Assembly (NCBI GenBank): GCA_907165135.1
Contig: OU015567.1
Location: forward strand, 6,510,001-6,574,000
DNA length: 64,000 nucleotides
Reading direction: 5' to 3'
From: Oikopleura dioica
Lineage: Eukaryota; Animalia; Chordata
The notes beneath the pieces are model-generated. The model made no database searches and had not been told where the DNA came from. It saw only the letters and a program-made list of their open reading frames with translations. This document shows, piece by piece, positions 34,383 to 51,108 of the stretch. The position numbers were made by a program, and so were the translations under genes. Numbering within the stretch: position 1 is the stretch's first letter; each line of letters opens with the position of its first letter.

Positions 34383-37300
34383 GTCTCCCGTTTTTTGCGG
34401 GAAAAAGAATAGATTTACTGGATGATGAGTTTTTGCGCGGCAATTAGCAGTTGCCGGTTCCAGAGTCGGAGATTGGAATTGACATTTTGGTTTCGTGCTC
34501 GCGCCAGCACCGCCGAATTATGCGTCCGTTAGTCGCTCTGGAAACTCTTTTACTAAGCGGCTGTTTTCGTCACCACGTTTCTCTGCTAAGCCCTTTTTTG
34601 ATGTGTGGCCTTTCCAGAGGAGTCCCACGTCTTGAGCTTCCATGATCGCTTGGCATTTCAGCTTCGTTTACGAGCATCGTCTTTTTTCGAGCTCATGCTC
34701 AATTTTAAATGCTAATTGGAAGTAAAATGTTAGATGGATTCTAGTTCTCAAACTTCCAGACGCGAAAATCAAGGAAGATCGGCATCTTCTTCTTTCTCAT
34801 ATCAGACATTGGCAATTCTTCCAGAGCTCCAACCGACGAAGAAAAGCGGACATCTGACGTCTCTCCCTCCACCTACCGACAAAAAGGCAGCTAGAGTCCC
34901 GTTCCGATTCCCAAGTCATCGGCGGCGCCGCCCGCCACGCAGGAGACCATCTCCATAATCGACCTTTGCAGAGACCTTTTCTGCCAAAAATAAAAATTAT
35001 TCAACTAATTGACGCGCAAAAAAACACCACCACCAGCTGGTGCTAGAGAAATCTTCGCCGACAACAATTCACTAACAGAAAAAAAAAAACATGATGGAAG
35101 GGAACAAACTACCAAGTATGGCGAGCATATCAGCTGGCCAGTTGAATTTGAAGCTTCATAATTCAGGTACTATCAAATTATACCAATTGATACTGTACCA
35201 ATTGGTACAATTTATACTGTAATTTACACTGACGCAAGTAATTATTGAAAGCCTTAACGTAATCGTTATTAATTTTGAAATGAAGAAACTTTGGTCAACA
35301 AGGTTAAGGGTATCATTAACTATTTTCAGCCAACATTGTTGACACCCTTAATTGACCATTTTTGATCATGGTTTTCGAGTATAGAATACTGGGTTCATAA
35401 ACAAATCAACTCCGTGAAATGACGGTAAAAGTCAACGGATATTAAAAACTTAGAAGAATTCGTTCTAAAGAATCATAACTTTCCCCTCCAGGAAAAAGTG
35501 TCACATAGACGAAAGACATTCATCTAGCGGCTCGAATGACCTTTAATACTTTTTCCGATGAGAAGTTATGCTTCTCTATCCGAAAGGCTAGACGGAAATC
35601 CAGCCTAACCAGCCCCCTGATTGGGATATTGGCTAGTTTTTAAGTCTCGCAGCCTGCCGAGTAGACAGACTGTAAAAGAGGAGTGTTTCGTTTTGTCGGT
35701 GAACATAGACGAAGCTTTTCTATGGAAATTCTGTGCGTCTAATCTTACGATTCGTATCACTCAAGTAAATGATCACCCGGTGCTTCTTTCTTATATATTT
35801 TTTTGCAAAGAAGTTTCTCTCTTGATTTGTGTGCGTTCTCTTGAGGGATTTAGCGAGAATGAAAAAGAAGGAAAAAAGGGTTTTCGGCGTGACCCTTGGG
35901 TGATATTTGGCGGATTCTGGCGGGTGAATGGCGTCTATTCCACGGGCGAATGCCAGCCTCATTCTCCCAATTACCAGGACAAATAACAACTCCCTGCTTT
36001 TGAAGTTCAACGCAGACTAGAGTCACCTTATGATAACCTTTGGGACGCAGCAGAAGGTTCTTCGAGGCAGCCTCGAAGGTCAGAGATTTTCAACGACTTT
36101 CCTACTCTTTCAGACGAGAATTCTGAACCTTTTCAATCAGGATGCTTTTTCAAAGTTGATTCTTTCAGAGAAAATTTTGAGAAAAAAGGGCTAAAAAAGG
36201 GCTTGAGATTTTCCGTTTTGAAGACAAAGAAGAGAATGCATTTGATACAGAAACCAATCATATTCCAGGCCTATCTGCTAGTTGGAGAATGTTTCCATGG
36301 AGCTCTGAAGTCGGAATTTTTTGCTGTTCTAGGGCAGATAATAATCAGTGATAGAAAATAGAGACAAGATTTTGATGGCTCTTGTCAAAAATAGTCTGTT
36401 TTTGGGGACTAAACCAATTTATTGAAGTGCATTTTTGGATCAAGGCTTTGATTCGCCAGTAGGCCAAATACAGCAATCTTATTGGTTATTCAAAAATGCA
36501 CTTTTATAAATTGGTAAAGTCGGTTTTTTGGCTACTAGAATATGCTTTTAGACAATTTTATTGCATCCTTCATAATCCTAGTCTTTCGATAGTATCTCAT
36601 TGTACTGTTCGACAATTAAGGTGATAAACTGTATATTTCAACAGCAAGTCATTTTGAGATATCTGCTAGACTTCGTTGAGAAAAAGAGCTGCGTTGACTG
36701 TGGCGTTTTGTGGCCGTCCAGTGTAAATATCACCAGCGATTGCACTCGGAAAAAAACTTGGAATGAGAATAAATCTATAAAAAATAAAATAAAACTGCGT
36801 TTGCTCAAATCATCTGCAACACTAAAAAACACGCTTTTGATCTTCATTTTTTAAATTTTCAAAATTTTGACGAATATATTTTCGGAAGCCTTCTTCTTCT
36901 TCGTCAAGGCATGAATCGTATTTGCGAATAAAATTTGGGAAAATACGGCACCTGGAACAACTCCTAATCCAAATGACTTTTAACTCAGATCAACGCTGAC
37001 ATTCGCTCCCCGTCGTAAATTCATAAAAGCTCCTCAATTCATTTCTACTCCGCAAATATTGTACCTACAACTAGCCAACTCAGCTGTGTTTCAGAAAAAG
37101 CGGCCTGAACAAATTGGATCCAAACATGTTTGAAAATACGAAAAAAGGAAATCGCAAAAAATCGAAAAAAACCGCGCTGCTCTGACCTTTGTCCTCTTGT
37201 CGCCCAATTTGCGGTGATTTGCGGGCCGAACCTAAAAAACCGGATGTTCAGTCGGTCTCAAATCCGTGCATTTCCAATCGCCGATTTCATGGGCGCGCTT

Positions 37301-37653
37301 CCGCCCATTTCTGATCAATGTACTGCTTGTTCCTCCAACACGCGCGTCCCTTTCTTTCCCATATCGCAGTTGCTAAGGGGCTTATATTGTACACTTGGGG
37401 ATTAAGCTTCCTTATCGCGCAGTACGGAACATTTCCGGGTAGCACCAGCCGCACCTGCTTCGCGGACCCCGCTCCGCGCAAAACTAACCAGTTTAGCTCA
37501 CTTCACGAGCGCTGACCTTTTCGCCACCGCCGGAACAGAATATAGAACCAGAAATCGCTAAATACTCACTTTCTCAAAATAACAATGCGGTCAGACAAAA
37601 AAATGAACTGAAATGCAATACAAAGCAGAGTTGCAAATTTAGCTTTCTTTTTT

Positions 37654-38022
37654 CTGAGCTGAGCTGAGTCAAAATTCATCTGAGCTGAGCTGAGCTGAGC
37701 TGGACTATTTCAGAGGTTACTGAGCTGAGCTGAGCTGAGCAGACCTTTTTTTAAGGTAGTTGAGCTGAGCGGAGCTGAGCGGACCCTAATTAGAGCTGAG
37801 CTGAGCTGGTTGAGCTGATCTGAGCTATTTTTACTGTTTTAAATAGTAAAATTGTGTTAAAATCATTGAGCTGAGCTGAGCTGAGAAAAGTGATCATTGT
37901 CTGAGCTGAGTTGAGCAGGATAGATCTTGTTTGAAAATAATTGTGCTGAGCTGAGCGAAAATTGTCTGAACTGAGCTGAGCAGATCAGATCATTTTCAAA
38001 AATCATTGAGCTGAGCTGAGCA
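37654..38022. repeat. Interrupted (CTGAG)n pentanucleotide repeat
   Basis: Many runs of CTGAGCTGAGCTGAG separated by short spacers. Confidence 0.9.
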
Positions 38023-41000
38023 TTATTAACTATCTTGGACTCATTGAGTCGCTCATTTTTTAAATCGTGAATCATCATCCCCTCTTTGATCCCTTCCCTG
38101 CTCCAACGGAAACCGATTGAACATGCCCCCAGGCGCGTGAGAATAAATTTTAATTTCTCGCGCTCTGAAAAGATGACCTTTTCCATGTTCGATGTATCAG
38201 TTTGACGTCGCTAATAATCGCCAATGCTCTTTCCTATTCTTCGAGTCCGCTACAACTCGGCGGGGGAGCGAATCAAAGACGCTCTCCTGCTGATAATATT
38301 GCGCCAAACATGGCCAAGTTTGGGGCTGATAATTGGCCTCAAGGCTTCAAGTTTTTAGTATAAGCAAAAATGATTGTAAAAATGGGTCGAAAAAGGGTTG
38401 AAATTGAGTCCTCATTAACAGCCTTTTTCTCAATTTTTCTTCTAAAAAATCTCTCATTTTTGATGAAAAAAGCGGTTTTTTCAAGTCACAAAATCGAAAA
38501 TGAAAAGCGAAAGGGCGAGAAAGAAAAGGCTCTCGGCTTTTGTCATTTGCATGATATTTTGTTCTTCATAATAAATTACGATTACGATCTGGCGAGAGGG
38601 ACATCGCGAAGGGCAGAATAATTCATTCCAAATGTCGAGCAACATTTCTTCTCCAGGAGCACTCGCCTCGGGCGGAAATGGCCAGTGAGAAATTTCAACA
38701 AAGTCGATATATTTTAATATCTCCTTTTCGCGGTTTTCAGGAAGTGAAGGAGAAAAATGGAAATTGAATTAACGGACATGCAAAATTTATTTGTCCGGAG
38801 CTGTGTCGCGCGAGATGATGACATTTTCAAAAGTTGCAAAAGTTGTCAAGTGGAAAAAAATAGTTTGCGCTTTATTTATTGAAAAAATATTAATTGAAAA
38901 TTGAAAATTGGAAAATTAAAAATTTTGAATTTTGAATCACTAGAATAATCTTTTTTGAATTTTCCCAGCTCAATCGAAAAACAGATTACTGCTCAAGAAA
39001 TTGTAATTAGCCAAAATCGAGGCTAATCTCTTGCGATTTTTTCTGAGAAAATTCGGAAAAATCAGCTGGAATACAACTAATGAAAAAGTATCATCGTCCC
39101 AAAACAGCGCTAAGCGGATCAAGAATCCTCCTGCTCCGAGGAGGACGCGCTTCAGGGCCCCGGATTCCCGGATTTAACACATTCACTTCCACGAAGGCGA
39201 TCTCAGGAGAATCACCAGTGCGTGTAATTTTCCACATTTTCGTGCTTTCATAATACAAGATTAAAAATACACAAGAATACAAAAATCAAATCATGAAAAG
39301 TGATAGCCTTGACAAGAAGGCGAAACGAGAGCTGTTTTCATAACTCACGTACTCTTGGAAATAGTCCACTTGATCATAAAAGGTGTCGAAGATAATTTGA
39401 GGCTGACCTTTGGAATGTGAACGACCTTATTCTTACACGATATAACCGTTTCCGATAGTCCTCTCTTCGGAAAATCAGTACGCCATCGAAAAGTTTAATT
39501 GTCGAAGTTGACTTTTTTTTTTAATTCTAGGGCTCGGAGTCCTGTGTGGAAAACCTGAGTCAGGGTTCTGGAAGAGCTGGCTGAAGAATTGACAAAAAAG
39601 ATAGAAATGGTACTTATGGCGAAGCCGCTTTGCGGCTTCGTTTTAAAAAAAGCCGCTACGCGGCTTTTATCAATGATTTGCTAGGACCCTGACTCAGGTT
39701 TTCTACAGAGGTTTTCGTGTAGAAATTTTTATTTTCGCTTAATTTTCCATCAAAAATTCGCTTCACTCATCATCATTTCTGATGTTTGTAGCCTTGAAAC
39801 TTGACTGTAACTCGACTGCATAAGAGCATATTTACAGTAGTTAAAGTAAGTTAACCCGGCTCTGGAGAGAGTGAGTCGAGATAAAATATCGCCGCCAGTT
39901 TGGATTTGATTCCTGCGCAAATGTCAGCGGCTCAGCGAGTTACATCTATTTGAATTGACAATCGCGATAGCAAACCTCCTTCCAAAAATATTCCGCATCG
40001 TCAATTTTACTTTTACGACTTCTGTAATACGAATTCTATGACGCTCTTTTTCCTATCTTTGTTTCATCGTTTTCATTTCACCGCGTTCAAAACCTGACTC
40101 AGGCTTTCTGAACCTGACTCAGGCTTTTTACACAGGTTGCCGAGCCCAGAGAGCCTCTCCCAGAGAGGTCTACTTTCTGATGATGATTTCGAGCTCGAAT
40201 CATTCATTAACATTTCGCGAAGCGCCACAAATACGTCCCAGCTGGGGTAACGAGTTCTGAGGTCGATTAATTATCGAATTAATAACAAAAGTAATTGACG
40301 ATAAAGGCGTAAGTCGCTTTATGACTATGGGCGGCCGACCCGGGTGTTTGAAGTGGTAACTTGTAAAAATGAACTTGTAAAAAACGAGCTCAATTAATAA
40401 TTGCAGCGAGTTCCCAGACCATAACTTTCAAAATCACAAAGACAAGTTTAGACATTTTCTTTCCGACGAAACGTTATTTCAAAAAAAAAGAAGCATGATC
40501 AGATCTGAAACGTTTGCTTCCTGACATCAAACGCGCACAGGAGATCACTCACAACAAGCTCATAATAATTCTTCATAATCCAAAATACCAACATTGTCGA
40601 TTAGACTTAAATTTTCCAGTCCGAAATTGTCGACAACTCTTCCTAAATAGGGCCCAAGATAGTCGATTTCAAAATCCCGAAATCAACTATTTTGGGAAAA
40701 AAGAAAATTTTGGGTAGAAAACATCTATTCGAAATCCGCTATCTTGGGCTCAAAAAATCATATGAAATCGACCATCTTGGTTTAACTTATTTGTTTTTTT
40801 TTTCTTTATTTTAGATAAAATATTAAATTGATTTTGGGAAGATAGCGTAAAATCAACTTTTCCGGGTACGTTGCCAATGGAAAATTATCTTTGCTGGTTG
40901 ATCCCTTTTTCGTCTAGCTGGCCGAGCGGTAGCAAGGTAGACGTGTTCGCAGTGGGAGGATTGACCTTTATGGATAAATGCCAGGGAGAACGTCCTCTTC

Positions 41001-44000
41001 TTTTTGAAGATTTCCAATTTCTCCGCCCGTCCGCCGTTTTCTCTCTGTTTGGCGCCCTCCTCTCATCCCTTCCATTAGCAGCAATTTGCCACGCTCCAGT
41101 CCAACTCGCGCCGATGTATTCCTCGCTTCCTTCAAAGGTCATGTTTGTGATTGCTTTGATGGAATTTACGCCAAGTTGAAACTCGCTCCACCACCACCTG
41201 GAGAACAAGAAAGAATCAAAATATCATCCTTATAGTCTTTTTAAAGCAGTTTCTAGCGTGAAATCAGAATTTTAACCGCTTGAAGTTGGTAATTTCAAAT
41301 TTCTAGAACTTCTTTCAAATCAGTCCCAAAACTTTGGTCAATCAGCGAAGACGGGTAAAGGGTATCTTCCCTCTTTTTTGAAGTCGAGGATAAATAAAGC
41401 ATTTCAATTTTTATGAGGATTTACTTCCACATAAATTTGCGCCACATCAAAAATCAGCGTCAAAGCGAATCGCCGACGGATTTTGATGTTGTAAGAGGAA
41501 GACTTCTTCCCGGTCAAGGGACTCGAAGCCAAGGGCGTGTGCCTAAACAGTAAAATTAATAAATTTTGCTTTTATAATGTCGCGTCTGCGTCAATACCAC
41601 GCCACTGGCAGTTGGTTTTCCTAGCAAAAAATACCTCTTATTTTCTAAAAAGCGGTCTTTTTATAAGCTGAACTCAAAAACCTGTGTAGAAAACCTGAGT
41701 CAGGATCCTTCGTTAGAGCCTTTCATAGATTAAATTAAGGGTGTCCCCAACGATTTCACTCGACTAAGAACAGTCGGACCCGATCGTTGGGGATACCCTT
41801 AAAGCTCTTTCAGAATCCTGACTCAGGTTTTCTATACAGGTTCTGAAGCCCTGATGACTCTATAAAAGCAAGAAGGACTCTTTTTGAGTCGATTTTGAGG
41901 GTAAAATTTCATGAATAATTTTTATAATGGAAATTAAATCCAAATATGTGAAAATGCCAATAAGATGCTGTTCATAATAAGCATTAAAAAATACGATCAA
42001 GAGTCGAAAGTGATAATTTAGCGGAAGCAATAAGCGAATCCAAGTAAGGTCAAGCCAAGCAAGAAAATAATAAGGGTGATCCGTTCATCGCAGCTTACGC
42101 GTCCATAACAGTTCCTTCAAAAGGTCACAACACTTTAGGGAACATAAATAACGCCCGGCCGTGATCGACCGGGATTAAAGATAGTGGCGAAAAATGACTT
42201 CCGGGGGATTAGGCGTTTTTACTAGTTTCACATAGAACGGGAGGCGTCGCGGCTGATCCAGCCGGCATTGATCCTGTAGGGCAAAAGAGCTGGGAGAGGA
42301 TTTCCATCGACATTATTACCAAGTTCCTTGAAGATGACTATTTTCCAGTCCCAAGAGATTGACGTCAAAAATCGGCTGGAAAGTCTCTCTCTCCATACTT
42401 TAGCCCTAATACTTTGCATATGCCGAGTCGGACAGGAAAAAGGTTTCCACAAAGCAAAGTAGAGGAAAAAGAATACGAACCTTCATACTTCCTTTTTATC
42501 ATACAGTCTGATTCATACTGATATTCTTATTTAAAAAATACAAGCCTATAAGCTTGATTTTTCATTAATAATTTATAAATTTTAATAAATGATAAACCTG
42601 GGCTCGGCAATCTGAGTAGAAAACCTGACTCAGGTTTTGATGAGCGAAAATGAAAAGCCGCTCGCGGCTTTTAAAAACGAAGCAGCAAAGCGGCTTCGCG
42701 ATACAATGACTCATATCTATATTAAAATATTGGCGAAGCCGCTTTGCGGCTTCGTTTAAAAGCCGCTACGCGGCTTTTCATTTTCGCTCATCAGAACCTG
42801 ACTCAGGTTTTCTACTTAGCATCTATATTAAAAATATACAGTAAAGTAGGGTACAAATTGGAACAGTTTTAGATTAGATTCTCCAAATCCGAAAAAAATT
42901 CCCAAATCGAAAAAAAAGATTGCTTGTTGAGTTAACAACTCTCGCCCGGAGCCGATAGGAAATTTTAATGCGACAGGTGGTTAGAGTGTGTTCATTCCGT
43001 AATTATGACTGAGGCAGGCAGCGCGAGGCAGCTTTTTTACTGTCTGATACGAGGTTCCGCCAGTACATGTGTGCTTATTCAAGAATTTACGAGAGGAGAA
43101 AATGTCAAATCGCTAAACGCTCATTTTTGGTGATGTTGCTAGGGGTGGAAAGAGGAGGTTTTAACCCACAAACGGCTGGTTAACCAATAAAATGGTCAAT
43201 ATGAAAATGATAGGTTAGCTTATTAGCTTGAAAAAATCAAAAATTATTTACCAAAAATATCGTTTTGGAGCGCTAATGGGTTAATTTCCCGAAATAGCTT
43301 CTGATTTTCGGTGTTTTATGAGTTTTTGGCTTTCAACTTTGTTGAAATTGAAAAATTTATAGAAAGAAAAAAGCCTCATTTTTCCAGTACTTATAGAGAA
43401 GTAACTTGCGCGAAGTTTGACATGCAAATTTTCTCAGTTCCTGCGGCCACTGTTTTTCTTTGGTGGCGCAGTAGGGCGCGCTGCTCTGCTCCAGCCTCGC
43501 GCCACCAAGTGTGCGCTCCGTTTTTGTGCGTGTGTGATTGGGGCAGGGTGCTTCATCGAATATAATCATCTTTCTGACCGCATCAGTAGTTAGTGCGCTG
43601 CAAATGTTACCCAGATTCATTTGACCGACGCTACTACCAAAAACTACCAGTCTTTTTTATTAACAACGGAAATAAAGAAAGAGATACGAAAGAGCCAAAA
43701 GAGCTACGAGACGTAAACTTGACAAGACGCACAAAGGTTAGTAGTCATTTGAAAATGTCACGCCAGAACGTTTCCTTTCGCCAGAACAACAGTATAAAAA
43801 GTGGAGATAAAGATTAAAGCCGAGAAAATGGCAAGATACTACGGAAGGTCAGAGCCGGGGAAGGGTTAAAAGATAATAAGAGATGATTTTCTGGCGGAAG
43901 AATTAAGGGTGTCACGTGTGTAATTCTTGGAGAAAAAGGTCAGAAAGCCTTGGTTTTTGGAAAAAGAAGCGTACTAATATTCGTGAATCATCTTTTTGAC

Positions 44001-46699
44001 CGTCTTTTTCTCCAGGATTCACCGATTTTTTCACCAAAATACTTTGGCACACGACGGGTTTCGTTTACAACCGATTTTACTACTCGCCGATGCTGACAAT
44101 TAATGCAGGAGGCTTCGAACAATGCCGCATGCGGAGATTGTCAAATCATTAGTTTGCCTCTATGTTTGCCAGTTTTTCGTCCAAAAAGAAAGAAAGGCAC
44201 TTCGTAAAGTTGAGTTAACTCGACTCATCAAGAGTCGTTTAGGCCAGCTTTTCTTCCGGTTGTAACTTTTCGTCAAAAACACCTTTGGCGGCGATAATAC
44301 CGGTAGATAATTGTAATTATCTATTTTTCTGGCACATATTTTCGCTGCTTGGAAAAATTAATCCGCCGAATATAAATAAGTAGAAGACACCGAGTCTCAT
44401 GATTTGGCACCTTACGACTTATAATTGACTGAGTTACAAGAGAGCATCAAACGGAGGCTCATAAATTTTCCGCAATCACAAACGAATCTCCCATCATAAA
44501 TGGACAACTTGCTAATGACGATTGTTATTGCTCGAACTAAAGAAAACATATTTTTGGGAGACTTTCGGGAACTTGAAATCCTCAATTTTGAGGATCTCGT
44601 GGGTGATCTCAAGTTCAAGGGGCAAAGGGTCCTCCTCTTCGATTTGGAGGTTTTGCTTGGCTTGATTCAGAGTAACAACTCTTTAGAGTTGTTTCTTCTT
44701 CGAGCACTCTTCATACAGCCGAAAGTCTGCGTTCCGTTTTTATAGTTTTTTAATTTCTATTTTTCCTAATTTATAATGCTCATACAGTCAAATCTTTAGA
44801 TCGAACCCTAACCAAGGCTTTCAGCCATAAAATGGCAATATAGGGCTTTTAAGCCAATCAGAAAGCTTCTTTTTCAAAATCCCCATAACTTTTTTCGGTT
44901 TTTTGAAGGAAAAATTGTTTCTTTTTTCAAAAATCTCATTTTTCAAGTTTCAAAAACGATCCGAAAAATACACGAATGCTTCGATAAATCATTAACTCTC
45001 GATTTGTCTGTAGTTGATTTTCGACCACGGTTCGACCACAGTTGCGGCTGGTGTTGGACTATCGTCATGGTAAAATTTTAAAATTAAAGTTAGTGCCTCA
45101 TAAAGTCTATTTATCACCTCAAAGGCGGCCATGTGCTGGGCGCCGTATTTGTACCTTGGGCTTCCCATGTAAATATTATGCATGTATCCGTTGCCGCTCG
45201 ATTAGGCAATCCGAGCAGTGATCAAAGCTTAGGCGGCTAAATCAGCATGGCGACGCCGAGATGGTGATTTATTTTGTTTAACACAAACGCTGTTTGATCA
45301 CTGTATGTAAATTGCCCGAGCACAGTGGGTGCACCAATCGCGGTGCAGCACCATAGCGCCACCAGGCTCATTTCAGAAAAAAAGGGACGAATGAAAATAA
45401 TGATAATGCAAATTGAATGTCGGAAGGAGCTTTGGTCAAATAAGGGTTTCGGAAGAAGGAGCGCGGGCCAGCTTTGGTGGAGGTGCCACCGTGCCACGAG
45501 TGAACGGGAAAACAGGAAGTGCACCTGGAAAGGATGCTCCCGTTGACAAGCGCGGCGCATATCATCACTATCGATAACGCCTTCTCTGAAGCGCTCTTTC
45601 TTTTTACAGCTTTTCTTTTTCAAGGATTCTTCATTGATTCTACTTCTATTGGAAATTTGAAGCTCGAAAGATTAAGGGTTTCAGTACGTAAACTTAGGTC
45701 AAAAAGAATTACGAAAGTTTACGTACTGACACCCTTAATTTTTCGAACTATATGTCGAATAGACTCCAGAAAACTCGGGATCAAAGAGTTCTATCTCTAT
45801 TAAAAATGATTATTTGGAGGCTTTGAATATGAAAATTATGTTTCTTTTATTGATAATAAGTAGGTCCGTGTTTTATTTGGAGCTCGTAACTCCTCGAAGC
45901 AATAAATTTTAAATTCCCCTTTCGACGAGAATAAGACTGCATAATGAGCATGTTGCGCGTTTATGGTGCAGAGAGCGTGCGATATGTGATTTCATGATTA
46001 GCAATTTTGAATTTCGCTGCTCCTCCATTCCCCAATTTTCGCGAAATAAATAAACGCTGGTCTCTGGGAAACGATAACGAATTTGCACAAAAATGCATAT
46101 TCCGTGTTGATGGCGCTTGTCAAGGTCCGAAGCAGCTATCCTCTTCGCTAATCAGAGCTATAAAACACCAATTAGGGTGGTGTTCACTGCATTTTTAATA
46201 AACGCGCCTCGGGAGGGGGATGACTGTGGCCAATTCTCTGGTGGAATACAAACTCGACAAGAATTAGAAAAAAAAAAAGCAGCTGAGAAAAACTGCTTTT
46301 CAAAATTGAAATTTTAAAAACAAGGAAAAAAAAGAATGGCTACAGAATCTTCCGTTATCAGAGCTTTAATCAGAAGAGGTTAATCAGAATTTTTTTAAAA
46401 CCGGAAAGGCACTGTATCGATAAAGTACTGGACGTAAGACTACGTCGTAAGATAGATGGGGAGACGTAGCTAATTTGTCACAGCGCTCTATTGACTCTTC
46501 CACCTTCTGCGGTGGAAAAGTTCTGCGTCCTCCTAACGGCGCCTCCCGTTTCTTTCAATTTACGCCCGTATGTTTAGAGCACGAAGACCTCACGCGAATC
46601 CACAGAGAGAATTCTTCCAACTCCGAAGGTCCGAACCAGACGAGCCACCTATTGAGCCCCACCAGCGCTCAAACAGTAGTCACAGTAGAGCAGAGCACA

Positions 46700-49146
<2,447 letters not shown>

Positions 49147-49465
49147 TTTTTGTAATTTTAAAAGAAAAATTTGTAAAAACATAAACTGTTCAAAAGAAAA
49201 CTTGCTATAATCGCGTAAAAATTGCCCAACATTCAACATTATCAAAAAAAAACATTCATTCTCACTGAGAATTTTTCTCACTCATCAAAACAAAAAAAGA
49301 ATACTGACAGTAGCTGTCCGACTGTAACTTGACTTCATAGTACAAATTTATTTTTCGCCCTCTCTATGTTATTTATACACTGGCTCTCGAATGAAGCTTC
49401 ACATACTTCTTACTGTACATTTCTGTAAAATAAACACAAGAAATTGAGATGGGGAAATTTATTGA

Positions 49466-50385
49466 TCAGAAGCTAGAAATCTTCGTCTTCGGGTTGAAAA
49501 GCATTCGGACGAAAACAACTTGTCCGATTGAAACAGCAGGAATCAGAGCGGAAAGCAGGAAAGACCAGAAGTTTAGACGTTTTTCTGAAATTAGCTCGTA
49601 AGTCGTTTCCATGGACCATAGACATCGGAAGCATTAGTGTTTAACTTACCTTTATTTTCCATCAGTGCTTCGTCGATATGGGAGAAAGAGCGCATATGGT
49701 CGAGAATTCTGGAAACAGGAGATTAGACGGATACAGGATATATTCTGTATAATTTATACAGTATTTACTTATTTTACCTTAGACATTTTCGAAGCTTCTT
49801 TCTCATGTCATTCGATTGAACATGAATATTATCCCATTCCGGATGGCCTGTATGGTAGAGACTGTCAATATCGCCGTTGGCTTTATCTTCTTCAATTTCT
49901 TTCCTGAAGCTTGTGTACTCTTTCATGTACATGTCCCACTCGTCCATGTCGATTTCTGGAATTGATTAGCAGGCGAGTAAAACGACCGGTTATACCTGGG
50001 AAAAGTTCAAAGTGAACCTTCTTGTCAGTCATAATACTGAAACTGTTATCAAAACAGAACTTAGTCGGCGCCATTTCCGTCATCTTGAACAAATGGTATC
50101 CAGTCGTGTTCTTGTCAATTTTCACCAAGCTCTCTTCTTTGTGGTCAAATGCCTAAATTTAATATTCCTAAAGAAGACTTTCTTCGACCACAAAAGTTTA
50201 CCTCAAATCTTATGTCAAGTGATCCTCCTCCTTCGACAGTATATTCAAAGTGGAAGGTTTCGTTTGTCGCGTGATAGTAGCACTCAGTCTTGCCAGCTGG
50301 AACAATGACGGTGTACATTGGGAAATTGAAGAGACTCAACAACTCGTGGGCGAACTTTTGCTCCTCGGTCATGTCCTCAAAGATT
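49466..50385 (-). CDS. p24/TMED (emp24/gp25L) GOLD-domain cargo receptor; signal-peptide exon not located
   Basis: YTVIVPAGKTECYY..FEYTVEGGGSLDIRFE, KFCFDNSFSIMTDKKVHFEL, ENKEKRLNFWSFLLSALIPAVSIGQVVFVRMLFNPK. Confidence 0.85.
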
Positions 50386-50481
50386 GCTAAATTTTATCGC
50401 TCTGCTAAAGTCCTGGGGTACTTTTCTTTCAGTCAACCACTAGGTGCCCGTCCTCACTCGCTACAGGCTGCCCTAGCGCAG

Positions 50482-50670
50482 AGAAGGGTTATAATTCGAG
50501 CCTATGATTCGAGCCATCCAATATCTCTAGAATCTGGTCTAGTGGTTAGGGTTAGGGACTGGGGGTCCGGAGGGCGAAGCAACCCGGTTAAGGCCTTAGG
50601 TGGGGGGTCCTGGGGCGAAGCCCCCTGGGTTAGGTTTAGAGTTAGGGGCAGCTCGAATGATAACCCTCTA
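50482..50670. mobile_element. About 190-bp inverted-repeat element with TTAGGG-like runs and GGGGCGAAGCCCC hairpins
   Basis: AGGGTTATAATTCGAGC ... GCTCGAATGATAACCCT; internal GGTTAGGGTTAGGG and two GGGGTCC.G.GGGCGAAGC motifs. Confidence 0.6.
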
Positions 50671-50737
50671 CTACCGCTCCTAGTAGGGGTATCCTACTCT
50701 TATTCCTAGACAAGGGGGCGAAAGATGTTGCTGTCAT

Positions 50738-51108
50738 TTATAGCCAATAAACTGATAGAAAACAGTCTGGCCTAAAGTATTGTTGGTGGGTCTGCTGGAC
50801 AATGTCGGAAAGCCAGGGTCTATTTTTTCCCAAAGATACAGATGCCAGGCGCAGATTTCTGAGTTCTATGGCGAATGTTCGGCTGGAATTCTGTTTCCAG
50901 TCTTTAATTTAAGCTACAGATGTTGGTGGAACTCAACTTGGAAACCCTGAAGAGGATGTCCAGCATGAAGATGTTTCCAACATCTTGAGACGGAAAAAGA
51001 TTGCTTCAGAATTACCTTAGTTGGATCATTCTCGTCGTGCAGCGGCTCTTTAGCTTTACTCTGATCGTTTCCATTTACGGCGAAAACAAAGAGAAAAAGA
51101 ATTCTCAT
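50738..51108 (-). CDS. Possible small secreted protein, or 5' exons of the p24 gene
   Basis: Signal-like MRILFLFVFAV followed by short GT-AG intron candidates; splicing is ambiguous. Confidence 0.35.

Noticed and set aside
34450-36360. Short protein-like frames (e.g. KLKCQAIMEAQDVGLLWKG on minus, PYDNLWDAAEG on plus)
   Set aside because: Cannot be joined into a gene model; possibly decayed genes or TEs
37654-38022. (GAGCT)n resembles immunoglobulin switch repeats
   Set aside because: No Ig locus context; an ordinary microsatellite-bearing repeat is the simpler explanation
41878-41897. TTTTTGAGTCGATTT resembles part of the Oikopleura spliced leader
   Set aside because: Only about 15 nt match, with no donor or Sm site; chance similarity in AT-rich DNA
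40880-42470. Possible minus-strand exons (RWWWSEFQLG.., LWKPFSCPTRH..)
   Set aside because: No domain recognised, interrupted by MITEs and stops; unsupported
43455-43512. TGGCGCAGTAGGGCGCGC resembles a tRNA A-box/D-arm inside a 10-bp hairpin
   Set aside because: No T-arm or B-box (GGTTCG) and no proper anticodon or acceptor stems; not a tRNA
44400-44750. Minus-strand frame with scattered stops (RNADFRLYEECSKKQL*..)
   Set aside because: At best a pseudogene remnant; no identifiable homology
46425-46475. GACGTA half-sites near the NR4A start as possible CREs
   Set aside because: None is a full TGACGTCA or TGACG match; too weak to call
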